Shown: positions 28,001 through 38,361 of the stretch, in pieces
Position numbering within the stretch: position 1 is the stretch's first letter
Layout: each line of letters begins with the position of its first letter
Source of the DNA: a virus
Taxonomy: Duplodnaviria > Caudoviricetes
DNA length: 59,648 nucleotides
Virus record (IMG/VR): IMGVR_UViG_3300025018_000011
Span: 1 to 59,648 of that record
Strand: one strand, 5' to 3'
Notes under the pieces: generated by a model
What the model saw: the letters and a program-made list of their open reading frames with translations, nothing else
Databases searched by the model: none
What the model was told of the DNA's origin: nothing
Translations under genes and position numbers: made by a program

Positions 28001-30688
28001 TTGTTTGAATTCAGTAGATAATCTTTGTGCGTTATATGATACATTATCAATTGGTAATTTTAATGTATTAGATAAATATTCTTCAGCATCTCTATATACT
28101 TGTTTACTTTTTTTAACAACATTACTTAATCCAGATTCTTTTATTAAATATGTTCAAGCGTCTTTTCTTATCTTTAATCAGTCTACTTCTTTTTTAGTTA
28201 AATCAATAAGTCATTCTTTATATAAATCTGCTGTAGTTTTTCATTTAGCTTGAGCTATTTTATCAAGATCATTTAGTGAGAACTTTAATTCTACTCATGA
28301 TAATGCATTAGTTACAGATACAGTTCATCTATATTTTAATGAACCATATCATTCATTTAATAAAGATATTTGTTCAGATATAGAATCATATAAGTCATCG
28401 TATATTTTTGGATTAGCCGTTTTGATATTTAATAAATCTTGTTTAAATTTATTTATAATATCAACTGGAACGTTTTTTAATTTAGATCATTCTAATAAAG
28501 AATCTCAAGTTACCCATTTATTTAAGTTATCTATTTTCTTTTCAAATGATGATAGATATAAATCTTTTGTTTTTTTATCTAAGTCTCAAAATAATCATTT
28601 TTCACCTGCGTTAAATAAATCATTTATTTCTTTTTGAACTAAAGTAAATGGATTACTAGTTTTTACTATATGTCAGTCTGCAGTAAATAATGTTTTAAGA
28701 TCATCTTTCTTCATTTTTTCTAGATTCGTTTTTACGAAATCATAGATCTCTCATTTATTAAAAAGACCATCAGCTACTTCTGGTTTTAAAGTTGTATTAT
28801 ATAATGGTATAACTTCATCTCTTAATAATTCTTTAGTTGTTTTTGTATCAAATGATTTTCAATTTCTAGTTATTCATTGTTCATTTAATACTCTTGTAAA
28901 TTCTGATACTGCGTTATCTCTTATTTTTTTAGAATCTCACCAGATAAAATCATTTAGTATATCATGTTTAGTATATGAACCTGCTTTTCATATTCATACA
29001 ATGTTAGCATCAAAAAATAAATCTGTGAACATATTAAATTCTTCTTGAGCTTTTGTACTTATTTCTCACATCGCCATATCGATTGCTGCATTTGGTGCTA
29101 TACCAGTTACTATTGATTCACCTGCAAACTTTCAAGCTCTTACTCATTGATTTAATGTAAATAAAGTTGATTGTCCTGCAATACTTCATTTTATTGCTGA
29201 TGATGCTTTATTTAATGCTCATACTTCTTTAATAAATTCAGCACCTAATTTCATTGCAGTTTTTTTTGCTACTCATCAAGCTTTTGATATTCAAGGTCAT
29301 ACTCATAGAGATAACATTGTATTTAATACATCTCAAGGATTATAATACATAGCATGTAAGAAAGTAGAACCAGTTATATTGTCTGCATTTATAATAGAAT
29401 TTCATACTCTTAGTGCAACCACATCATCTCTTGCTGATTGTGTTCAAAGGTTTAATGCTAAACCAGTTGCATTCATTGTACTTTCTATGAAATTATAAAC
29501 TCAATTTAAATTTCTTCAATCACTTATTGCATTTTTCATTTGTCTACTATTTATAGACATTTGTTGCATGTTATCAAAAATCTTTTTATGTTTTACATTT
29601 GCTTTGTCTTCTTCAGATAAAGAATTGAACGCATTTATTGCTGCTTGTTTTTCTATACTATCTGTATCAAGAGTATTTTTATTATTCTTTTTTAATATTA
29701 ACTCTTGTCTAAATTGATTAATATAAAATTTCTTCATTGATTCATTTAAAGTTTTATATTCTCAATTTATTCTAGTCTCATCTCAAGGCTCAGCTTCAGA
29801 TAATGCTGACAATCTTTTATATTCTAAGTCTGAAAATAACTCTATCATCGTATCTTTTTTAGATGAAAGAGATTTATCGGCTAGTTTATCTTTTAAAAAT
29901 GATTGATCTCATAAACGCATATCAACTTCTTCAGCTGCTGTTGTCATTAATTTTTGTTGTACCAATAAAGATCATTCGAATTTCTTTCATCAAATATTTG
30001 TAATATCTTCTCATTCAGATACTTCAATATTTTCTTTTGTATATCTTTCGAAATCTTTATATGAATCTTGTAATTCTTTTTGTTTTAATGCTATTGTTTG
30101 TCATTCTATTGTATTAAATTCATCTTGTTCTTTTTGTATCTTTTTTAATTGTGCTGCAGAATATTCTTGTTGAGCTAATAATGTAGCTTCTTCATCAGAT
30201 ATTCATTGTAATTTATATTTCTCTATAGAACTAACAAAAGAATTTAATGTAGTATATTTAGGATTATTTAAAATCTCTTTCTCTACATTTCAATATTTTT
30301 CTTGTAAAGAATTATATACAGCTTTCTTCTCATCATAATTTTGTTTAAATAAATCTCTATTTACTCATTTTTTATATTTAGTATCATCGATACTAAAAAG
30401 CCCTGTAGTATCTCATACCTTATCCATAAATCATTCTAATTTTTTTGGAGTAAGTATTTTTACTAAAGGTCACATTATTCATTTCGCTTTTTGTAATCAA
30501 GACTCTTCTTTAATAGCTTTAATGTTTAATGAATCATCTTCATTTAAATTAATGTATTCTTTTGGTTTAGAAATTGCTTGGTATAATTGTTGCCCACTCT
30601 TATATGTATTTTGTGAGAACTCTTGGAATCATTCTTTGACATCACCTACGACATCTTTAGCTTTATTAAATATATCTTCTACTGACAT
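19025..30688 (-). CDS. Giant (3,887 aa) putative virion protein containing a two-barrel (crAss-like) DNA-dependent RNA polymerase core
   Basis: All five minus-strand track fragments share one frame; no TAA/TAG found in the stretches read. Motifs NDGTSW..FKDHFYG..GGKTLF..EGSLK, then GYRYP and EGDFDGDHLF (24149-24166). Confidence 0.82.
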
Positions 30689-30888
30689 AATGTTTTTTTA
30701 AGTGATACTATGAACTGTCAGAATTTTGGATAAACATTATAGACTACTCATATTTCATTTAATATTGTTATTTCCTCATCCAGTGTTCAATAAACTAATA
30801 TTTTTATTCTGTAGATACTTAGAAATTTTCTTATTCTTGGTATCAATTTTAAGTATAATTGTTTATCATGAATTTTCAAATAATACAT
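30679..30888 (-). CDS. Hypothetical protein, 69 aa
   Basis: MYYLKIHDKQ...; overlaps the start of the giant ORF. Confidence 0.45.
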
Positions 30889-30987
30889 TGTTCTAAATAA
30901 TGTATTAATATGAACTCATCATTTAGTGCAAAGTAATTGCATAGATAAACTATATTTTTCTAATAATTCTTTATGTAGTCAATAAAA

Positions 30988-31075
30988 AATAATCCTATCA
31001 AATGAGGTGGTATAGGTATCGAATCAGTAATCTCTTAATACTTCTTCTATACTATTATCATTTGATAGGATTATT
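30988..31075. terminator. Long hairpin (perfect 18-bp inverted repeat plus inner stem); terminator or small RNA
   Basis: aataatcctatcaaatga / tcatttgataggattatt. Confidence 0.6.
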
Positions 31076-31089
31076 ATGTTTTTCATTTC

Positions 31090-31779
31090 TTACTCAGTTA
31101 TTTCTAATTTAGGAAATCTTTCCATAAGTTTTTCTTTTGCTTTTATTTCATCATTAGATCATTTATTTTTATAATATATGTAAATTATGAAGAAACATTT
31201 TAAACTTTTTTGTAGTCTTGCTTCAGTTATGGCTTGTATTTGTTCTATTAATTCTAGATCTCATTCATTTTCCATATCTAATCAATTGAATATATCTTCT
31301 ACTGTTTCTAACTTCACAGTATGAATTGTATTTATATTTTCATAACTGTATCATTCTCAAGTAAGTCATTTGAAATCAAATGCAGTAGTATTCTTTTTAT
31401 ATATTTCTTCAATTGTTATTTCTTCTTTATAATATTTAATAATACTTTCTTCAGTTATATTATCAAATAATTTATTTCATCCAGCTTCTAATAAGTATTT
31501 AGAAGCTAATCAATAAAGTTTACTTCATACAATCTTATTATGTTTCAAGAATGTTAATGCTTCTATTTTAATAGCATTTTTATTTACTGATTCCCATTGA
31601 GATAATGGATTTATTTTTGTAAATCATAATGTATGAACATATCTTATAGCATTTAAATAGAATTCTATTTTTTCTAAATTTCATACTGGATCATTATTGA
31701 AAAAAGAATCTAAAGTTTTTTTACCAAAATACTTTAATCTATAATCAGCAGCTATTTTAAAAACATTACTTGTATCCAT
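31090..31779 (-). CDS. Hypothetical protein, 229 aa
   Basis: Open frame MDTSNVFKIAAD... in code 25; upstream TTGACT-N16-TAATAT at 31811-31838. Confidence 0.7.
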
Positions 31780-31823
31780 TTTTTTAATTTAAAAATTAAA
31801 CCTTTCTTTTATATTATTTTTTC

Positions 31824-33680
31824 TTATGCATAAGTCAAATTATTTCATTCTCTTTTAATTTGCATGTCTGATTTAATATTTGTATACACTCAAGTATCTG
31901 TATCATAATTTAATTCTAACACTCATGTAAATCATTCACGGTTTTTAGTTATTATAAGTTCAGTTAATGCATCTTCTTTCATTTTATCTCTATGAACATG
32001 GATGATTTTATTTGGAACTTGCGCTATTGCTACTGCATCTTTAAACGATTCATCATCTGGCCTAGCTCATCAAATCTTTTTATAGTGTGCTACAAGCATA
32101 ATAAAAATATTATATACTCTACAGAATGAATTTATTTGTTGCATTATTTGTTCAAGCATTTCATCCTTTCTATCTTTTTTATCTACATCAAATTTAAAAT
32201 AATGTAGATGATCTATTATTATTACGTTAACTCATTTGTTAACAAAGTCTTGTATTAGTGCTTCCATTTTTGAAATGTGCATAACTCATGTAGTATTATT
32301 AACTACATCATAAATATTCTTATTATCTGATAAAAGATTTCATTTAGCTTCTGTTAATTCTATTTTTAATTGAGCTTGATTATCTATATCGTTTATCATA
32401 AATTTATATTTAGGATAATTAGTTAATCATTTTCTTTTCCTTGCTTTTCATACAGCGTAGTATAATTCCTCTTTACGCTTACTTTGTTGTCTGTCTTCTA
32501 ATGTAAACCTACCAACTTTAAATCATTGCCTAGAAACGTTATTAGATATGTTATTTACAAATGTTGATTTTCAACTTCATGTTAATCATCATACTACTAC
32601 TAATTCTCATCATAGGATATATCATAGTTTATTATCTAGTTCTTTATATCACCATGATATAGCTTTTGTTGGATCTGTATTTAATAATTCATCTAGTCAT
32701 TCATCTAGTAAAGATTGATAACTTCTTATCTCGTAATCTTTTTTAATCTTAGATTGTATGAATACTGAATCAGTAAATATTACTTCTATTGTTCATTCTC
32801 AATATCAACTAAGTTTTACAAAGTCATTTATATCTTTTACTCAATCTTCTTTACTTGCTAATAAAGATATATCAAATAATTTGTAATCTATATTGGCGAA
32901 TTTTTCTAATACCATTTTTCATGCTTCATCATTATCTGGGATTATATAAATCTCATATCAAGCATTAAACATTTTTTCTATTATCTCTATTCCATCATTA
33001 GATGATTTAAGTCATACTGTATTTGTGTAGTATTGACGAAGTGTATACCAGTCAAATAATCATTCAACTACTATGATTCTTTTGTCTGTCTTATTTATTC
33101 AGTGCATAAATACTCATTTACTAAGGGTATTTTTTTCTATCCTAAATCTTTGTTGTGCAGTTGGATCTGGATTTCTACTTTGTAAAGTAATATAATCTCA
33201 TTCAGTATTTGTTATAGGACTAGATATCCATCAGTTATTATTCCTAGAAAAATCTTTTATCTTATCATAGTCTATTGCTCTTGATGCTAAATATGAAATA
33301 TGTTCTACAGATAAAGGTTGTAAAGATTCCCATTTCTTTGTTATCCTATTAATAATCTCTTTATAATTTTCAGTTCTGCTTTCTTCCATTGTTTGTATTG
33401 AATTAATGTCTAACTTATAATGTTTACTAAACCACTCTAATGTTTGCTTATCATTAAATCAATGTAATTTCTTTACGAAGTCATATGGATTTCATGATGC
33501 TCTATGTTTATTTGGATTGAAATCATTTACTATATTTTCACTTAATGAAGCTTTCCATCAATTTGTTTCTTCTCAATGTTCCCATAAACATAATACATCT
33601 CATGAACGAGTAAATTTAATTCAAGTTAAACTTAATATACCCTCTATCGGTATTTTTTTTATTGTTTCGAATATTTCCAT
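31824..33680 (-). CDS. DNA primase-helicase (TOPRIM + DnaB-like), 618 aa
   Basis: TOPRIM VVEGLFD, PDNDEAG, KDIND; helicase GLTGSGKS, IIIDHLH, LVAH, ITKNREG. Confidence 0.92.
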
Positions 33681-34585
33681 TATTTAAATTTCTTAGGCTT
33701 TATAAATGTTAAGAATGTTGTTTTTAAATTTTTAATTTCTCTATTACTTCTAACACACCAATCTATCATTGTCTCTATTTTTGAAAATAATAGATCAGAT
33801 CAATCATATCATGTAGCTTCTGTTTGTTCATCAAACTCTTTTCTTCTTCTTTTTAATTCTTCTTTCCGATCATCTCAATAATATAATACCATTCTAGATT
33901 CTATTATTGTTCTTCAACAATCAAATACTTTAAAGTATTCTTCATCAGTCATTAGTTCATCTGGCATTGTTGCTGGCAACTTTTTTTTGAATCCCGATAA
34001 ATGAATTAATGCATGTTCTATAAAGTATTCCTCAATCTCTTTTAAATTTAACTTTGAAAAGTTTTGTTCGCTCATTATTTTTTTCTCTACTAATATAGAT
34101 AATAAATCTCTTATTGTTTTTGTTCAATGTTTTAAAGAACTAACAGGAGTTTTTATTTCTTTACTAGTAATAGAAGAAAAATCTTCAACAACCGTTTTTG
34201 TATTATTCTCTGTATTATTAAATGTATTATTATCTTTTAACTTTTGTTGTATAGGGTCTTTAATAAAAGTTAAAGGGGGTATATAACAAATGTTAAAGGG
34301 GGGTATATAACAAATGTTAAGTACCCTCTTTAATATTTCTTGAGTACCCTCCTTGTATATTATATTAGATTTTACAAATCATTTAGTTATTAAACTTTTA
34401 ATAACTAAAGATACTCTTGTAGTAGATATTCAAAAGAAATCTGCAAAATATTTATTTGACGCATAACATCATTTATCATTATCTAAACTATCTATTTCTA
34501 CAAAGAATATTTTTTCTTGTATAGTTAATTCTTTATTTAACCATATTTCTTTAGGTATCCATATTCATTTAAAATCTCTTTCCAT
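33680..34585 (-). CDS. Phage replication initiator/replisome organiser (N-terminal wHTH), 301 aa
   Basis: MERDFKGIWIPKEIWLNKELT..EIDSLDN..GCYASNKYFADFFGIS; internal iterons; TAATG-coupled to primase-helicase. Confidence 0.85.
34269..34320. repeat. Iteron-like tandem repeat, probable replication origin
   Basis: gttaaaggggg(g)tatataacaaat x2 plus a partial unit inside the initiator gene, as in lambda O-type origins. Confidence 0.65.
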
Positions 34586-34608
34586 ATTTAATTTTTAATC
34601 AAATAAAA

Positions 34609-34711
34609 AACACTAAGACGATTGTGAGACCCGTCTTAATGTTAGTGCTGTATGGTATTATTCTCTGATACTCTACCCAAAGGGTCTCACTACTTTAAGT
34701 AGAATATCAGA
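34609..34711 (-). ncRNA. Two-hairpin kissing-loop leader upstream of replication initiator
   Basis: Loops gtgagacc (34624-31) and ggtctcac (34683-90) are complementary; stem mismatches become G-U pairs on the minus strand. Confidence 0.6.
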
Positions 34712-34751
34712 ATATACATATATCAAAAAATGTTTTTCATACAACAAGAGC

Positions 34752-34829
34752 ATTCTATTCAGAATTTAATATATGTCAAATTCTTTATAAGTAAAAAGAA
34801 TTTGACTTCTTTTTATTATTTATTAGTAT
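34752..34829. promoter_or_regulatory. Divergent sigma70-like promoters: TTGACA-N16-TAGAAT (minus) and TTGACT-N16-TAGTAT (plus)
   Basis: Consensus-like boxes between the initiator and HU genes. Confidence 0.6.
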
Positions 34830-34857
34830 AAGGATACTTTATCCATAAAACAATTGT

Positions 34858-35151
34858 ATGAATATAAAAAGATTAATAGAGATAGTACACGATAGTTTTC
34901 CTCGTAATGAAAGAATTACTAAGAAACAAGTCTCTACTATTTTAGAGAGATTACTAGATACAATCTCAGATGAAATAATAAAAGAAAATACAGTAAATCT
35001 TTACTGATTCGGTTCTTTTACTATTTGATACAGACCTGCTAGACTTGGTATAAATCCCCAAACTCTAGAACCTTTACAATTACCTGCTTCTAAATCAATT
35101 AAATTTAAAGCATCCACTAGAACTAAAGAATCTCTTAATAAAAAGAATTAA
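34858..35151 (+). CDS. HU/IHF-family DNA-binding protein, 97 aa
   Basis: VNLYGFGSF..RPARLGINPQTLEPLQLPASKSIKFKAS; first G encoded by TGA. Confidence 0.92.
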
Positions 35152-35171
35152 TTTTTATTGAGCATATAAAG

Positions 35172-35207
35172 ATTTATTTAACACATACTTATTTATTTAA
35201 CACATAC
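35172..35207 (+). repeat. 17-bp direct repeat atttatttaacacatac x2
   Basis: Seen at 35172 and 35191, just upstream of ATG 35213. Confidence 0.7.
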
Positions 35208-35212
35208 AGAAT

Positions 35213-35776
35213 ATGACATGAAATAATATTCCAACTCTTACTCCAGAAGAACAATCTAAAAACATCGTCTTAGAGAGCTCTAATGAAAGTGTTGCTATAG
35301 ATAACACTGAATCACCTACTGAATCTTTACAAAGTGAAAATAATACCCTTAACGTTGAAGTGGCTAATTCTAATAAAAATTGATTATCTAATCTAGATCA
35401 ATCTACTAGAGAACTTACTGCTGAAGAACAAGCCATAGAAGTAGCTAAATCTGAAAAAGCTACTGCTGATTTTATCCAAAATTCATTCATACAAGAATGA
35501 GCTGATATTTCTGCAGACTTTAATAAATCTATTAAAAGAATGATAGATGTTAATATTCAAGATTCTATTATTAAATATCTTTCTTCTTACTTTAATGAAT
35601 CATTTATCTCAATGAACGATGCACTTAAAGCCTTAGAAAATAATAACCTACACTTAAACGTTCTTCCATCTAAACTTCAATTCTGAAAATATAAATTCAA
35701 AATTGAAATCCTCTCTAAAATAGATTCTAAAGAATTTAACATAGATATTAACGCTGATCTTAATATATCAGAATAA
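35213..35776 (+). CDS. Hypothetical acidic protein, 187 aa
   Basis: MTGNNIPTLTPEEQ...; open in code 25; followed by a hairpin at 35791-35816. Confidence 0.75.
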
Positions 35777-36084
35777 TATCATATAATATTAAAACATCCT
35801 CTCCAAGATGTTTTTTTATTTCCCCTATTTTATACTACTTGACATCTCATTCTACTTTTCTTCCAGCCCGTGAACTAAGTTAATCAATTGGCTTAACAAT
35901 GCAAAACCTATTTTTACTCAAATGTTGTATAATATAGTTTCATATAACATTTATCCCTAAAAAAATACCTCTCTTATCTAGTGTATTTAAAAAAAAATAT
36001 GAAACTTAGGTGGTGTACTTACCTTATACTATACTACTGGGTCATGTAGTACCCCTGCATCTACGCCAACTTCGACGTCTATTT

Positions 36085-36110
36085 AGGTGGTGGTTGGGGA
36101 GGTGGTGGTT
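36085..36110. promoter_or_regulatory. G-rich motif, copy 1 (tgg[t/c]tggggaggtgg)
   Basis: Also at 36925 and 37225. Confidence 0.5.
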
Positions 36111-36470
36111 TGTTTTATTTATTTGTTTTGTTTTATTTATTTATATGTGGTTTGTTTTTATTGTTTTGTTTTTTGTGTTTTGTTTTTATTGTTTTATTGT
36201 TTTTGTTTTTGTGTTTTTGTTGTTTGTTTTGTTGTATTTGATTGTTTTGTTTTTTGTGTTTTAATATATTGTTTTTTGGTTTTTGAATTGTTGTTTTTTG
36301 TTTTGTGTATACGGAATTTGGGGTTTTTGTTTTGTCGTTTAGTGAGTACAGTTTTTTGTTTTATGGTTTTTGGAATTGTCGTTTTTTGTTTTGTGTTAGG
36401 GTTTTTGTTTTGTAAGTAGTTGTTTGTTGTTGTTTTTTTGTTTTTATTTTGTTTTTTATATGTTTATATA
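36111..36470. other. T/G-rich low-complexity, strand-skewed non-coding tract
   Basis: Almost only T, G and some A on the + strand; C nearly absent. Confidence 0.85.
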
Positions 36471-36924
36471 TTGTTTATAGATATATTTATATAATCTATA
36501 ATGTATATAGTAGTAATTGTCTTATATGATAATACAGTGTTTTATCATATAAGACATTATATATATATTGGCGAAAGGAAACTATAGGAGTTTCTTTTCT
36601 GTTTGTCTGTGAGACAATCTCTTATCTTCCTTGTCTATGTTTAATAGATAATCTTTTAATAAGATTAATGAAATTTTCCCCCCTTTGTTTCTTTAATAGC
36701 ATTTTATACTTTGTGAAAGTATAACAAACATTGTGTTGTTCATTGCCACTGATAGTGTACGGCAAGTATTCGTGTCCCGTTATTAATCGCTTCTTATCCT
36801 ATCTGAGTACGGTTATGCTAGGCATCTATGTTTAGATACTTGTATTTTAGGTTTTGTTTTTATTTGGGGGAATTACCTATATATGATATAGATTTGGGGG
36901 AATTATTGTCCTAAGACAAAATTA

Positions 36925-36950
36925 AGGTGGTTGGTTGGGGAGGTGGTGGA
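36925..36950. promoter_or_regulatory. G-rich motif, copy 2
   Basis: Directly downstream (minus sense) of the terminator at 36957-36983. Confidence 0.5.
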
Positions 36951-36965
36951 TCTATTAAAAGAAGA

Positions 36966-37175
36966 CTATTGAAATCTTCTTTTAGATTCTTCTTTATGTA
37001 TTTCTTGAAATACTTTTTTAGTATCACAGATTAGTGGATAGATTCTTCATACAGAATAATCTTTTCACTTAACTGTTATTACTTGATTAGTGTTGTGTGA
37101 TAAATTCACACAAGCATTTAATCTATCAGCATCATTAATATTATCTGATAATATAAACATAATTAATTGTATCAT
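36966..37175 (-). CDS. Hypothetical protein, 69 aa
   Basis: MIQLIMFILSD...; ends in hairpin aaaagaaga/tcttctttt. Confidence 0.55.
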
Positions 37176-37224
37176 AGTTGTTAAATTAATATATAAAGCA
37201 CAACGCTTTACCATTTTTTTATTA

Positions 37225-37251
37225 AGGAGGTGGCTGGGGAGGTGGATGGTT
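37225..37251. promoter_or_regulatory. G-rich motif, copy 3
   Basis: Between the terminator at ~37254-37285 and ATG 37175. Confidence 0.5.
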
Positions 37252-37267
37252 AAAGAAAAGTAGAAGC

Positions 37268-37408
37268 CTAAGCTTCTATTCTTCTTACTACTTTATAATG
37301 TCTAGTGTGATTTAGTCTCTTAGAAGCTTCAGCTTCTTGTTGACTGTTTATTTTTCTAGCACTTTCAACTGTGCTTTTTTTAATGTTAAGTATTGTAAAT
37401 CAATTCAT
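37268..37408 (-). CDS. Small basic hypothetical protein, 46 aa
   Basis: Shares leader ATTTAATCTTTATGATTATG with the gene starting at 37868. Confidence 0.5.
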
Positions 37409-37451
37409 AATCATAAAGATTAAATAAGTAAAATAGTTTTGTAAAATATAA

Positions 37452-37476
37452 AGTGAGTAGGATTAACCTACTCACT
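37452..37476 (-). terminator. Intrinsic terminator
   Basis: agtgagtagg-attaa-cctactcact. Confidence 0.7.
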
Positions 37477-37478
37477 AA

Positions 37479-37868
37479 TTAAGCAATAACTTTAGTAACT
37501 CTCTTAACTCAATCAGCAGTTAACTTTCAAATTTTCACTGAGTGTTTACTTCAGTAAGCTTGGAAGACAACATTAGCGTCTGAGTCGAACGATTTAATTA
37601 CTCAAACATTTTTACCACTTTGTACTGACATAACATTGTATCATAATACACCTTTTCATTGTATTAAAGTAGAGCCATCTTTTTTATTTACTACCTTAAC
37701 ATTACTAGAAGCATTGATAAAGTCGTGTAAGATTGCAGCCTTTTGTTCTGGTTCTAATGAAGCATTAGAAGCTTTCAAGCTTTCATTTAAAGCTTTGCTT
37801 TCATTGATAGAATCAATTCTATCTGTAATCATATCTAATGAACCATCAACAATATGTAAATTTTCCAT
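37479..37868 (-). CDS. Hypothetical protein, 129 aa
   Basis: MENLHIVDGSL...; extends track ORF 37656..37910 through TGA. Confidence 0.7.
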
Positions 37869-38031
37869 AATCATAAAGATTAAATATATAAAGTGGATAA
37901 GGATATCCATAAGTATTTATAAAAAGACTGTTAGGTTTATCCTAATAGTCTTTATTATTAAAAGTCATTATCTTGTAGACTAAAAAAAAAGACTACCATT
38001 TATGGTAGGCTTTTTTATCTATTATTACTTA

Positions 38032-38346
38032 TTAGTATTTACTTATAGCTAGTCAGATTAATATTCATAAACTTAATATACTTGCATCCATGAGTATATT
38101 ATTCATGTTAGTTTGTTTATTAGTTTCTTTATTATATTCGTATACTTTTCTCTTAGCTATTCTTCTATAGCATCAACATGATTTAGTTATCTTGAAATGT
38201 GACATACTTACTTCTGACATATTTCAACAATCACATTGACATAAGAATCTTCTAACTGGGTATTTAGAATTAGGAAAATGCTTAGGTTCTGTTTCCTTTA
38301 ATACAGTTAAGTTACCAAATCTAAATCAAGGTTCTATTATTCTCAT
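38032..38346 (-). CDS. HNH-endonuclease-type N-terminal Zn finger fused to a hydrophobic C-terminus, 104 aa
   Basis: GFRFGNLTVL..FLCQCDCG..TKSCGC; no HNH core; ends ASILSLGILIGLAISKY. Confidence 0.7.
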
Positions 38347-38361
38347 AATTGATTACTTAAA

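Noticed and set aside
36010-36419. Phe/Val/Cys-rich membrane ORFs
   Set aside because: Artefact of the T/G low-complexity tract, which lacks stop codons
36862-36905. Mini CRISPR array
   Set aside because: Only two 14-bp repeats with a 16-nt self-complementary spacer; no cas genes (the Cas4-like gene is an ordinary phage exonuclease)
35777-36960. tRNA or suppressor tRNA-Gly(TCA)
   Set aside because: No cloverleaf with a T-loop consensus found by eye; needs tRNAscan-SE to exclude formally
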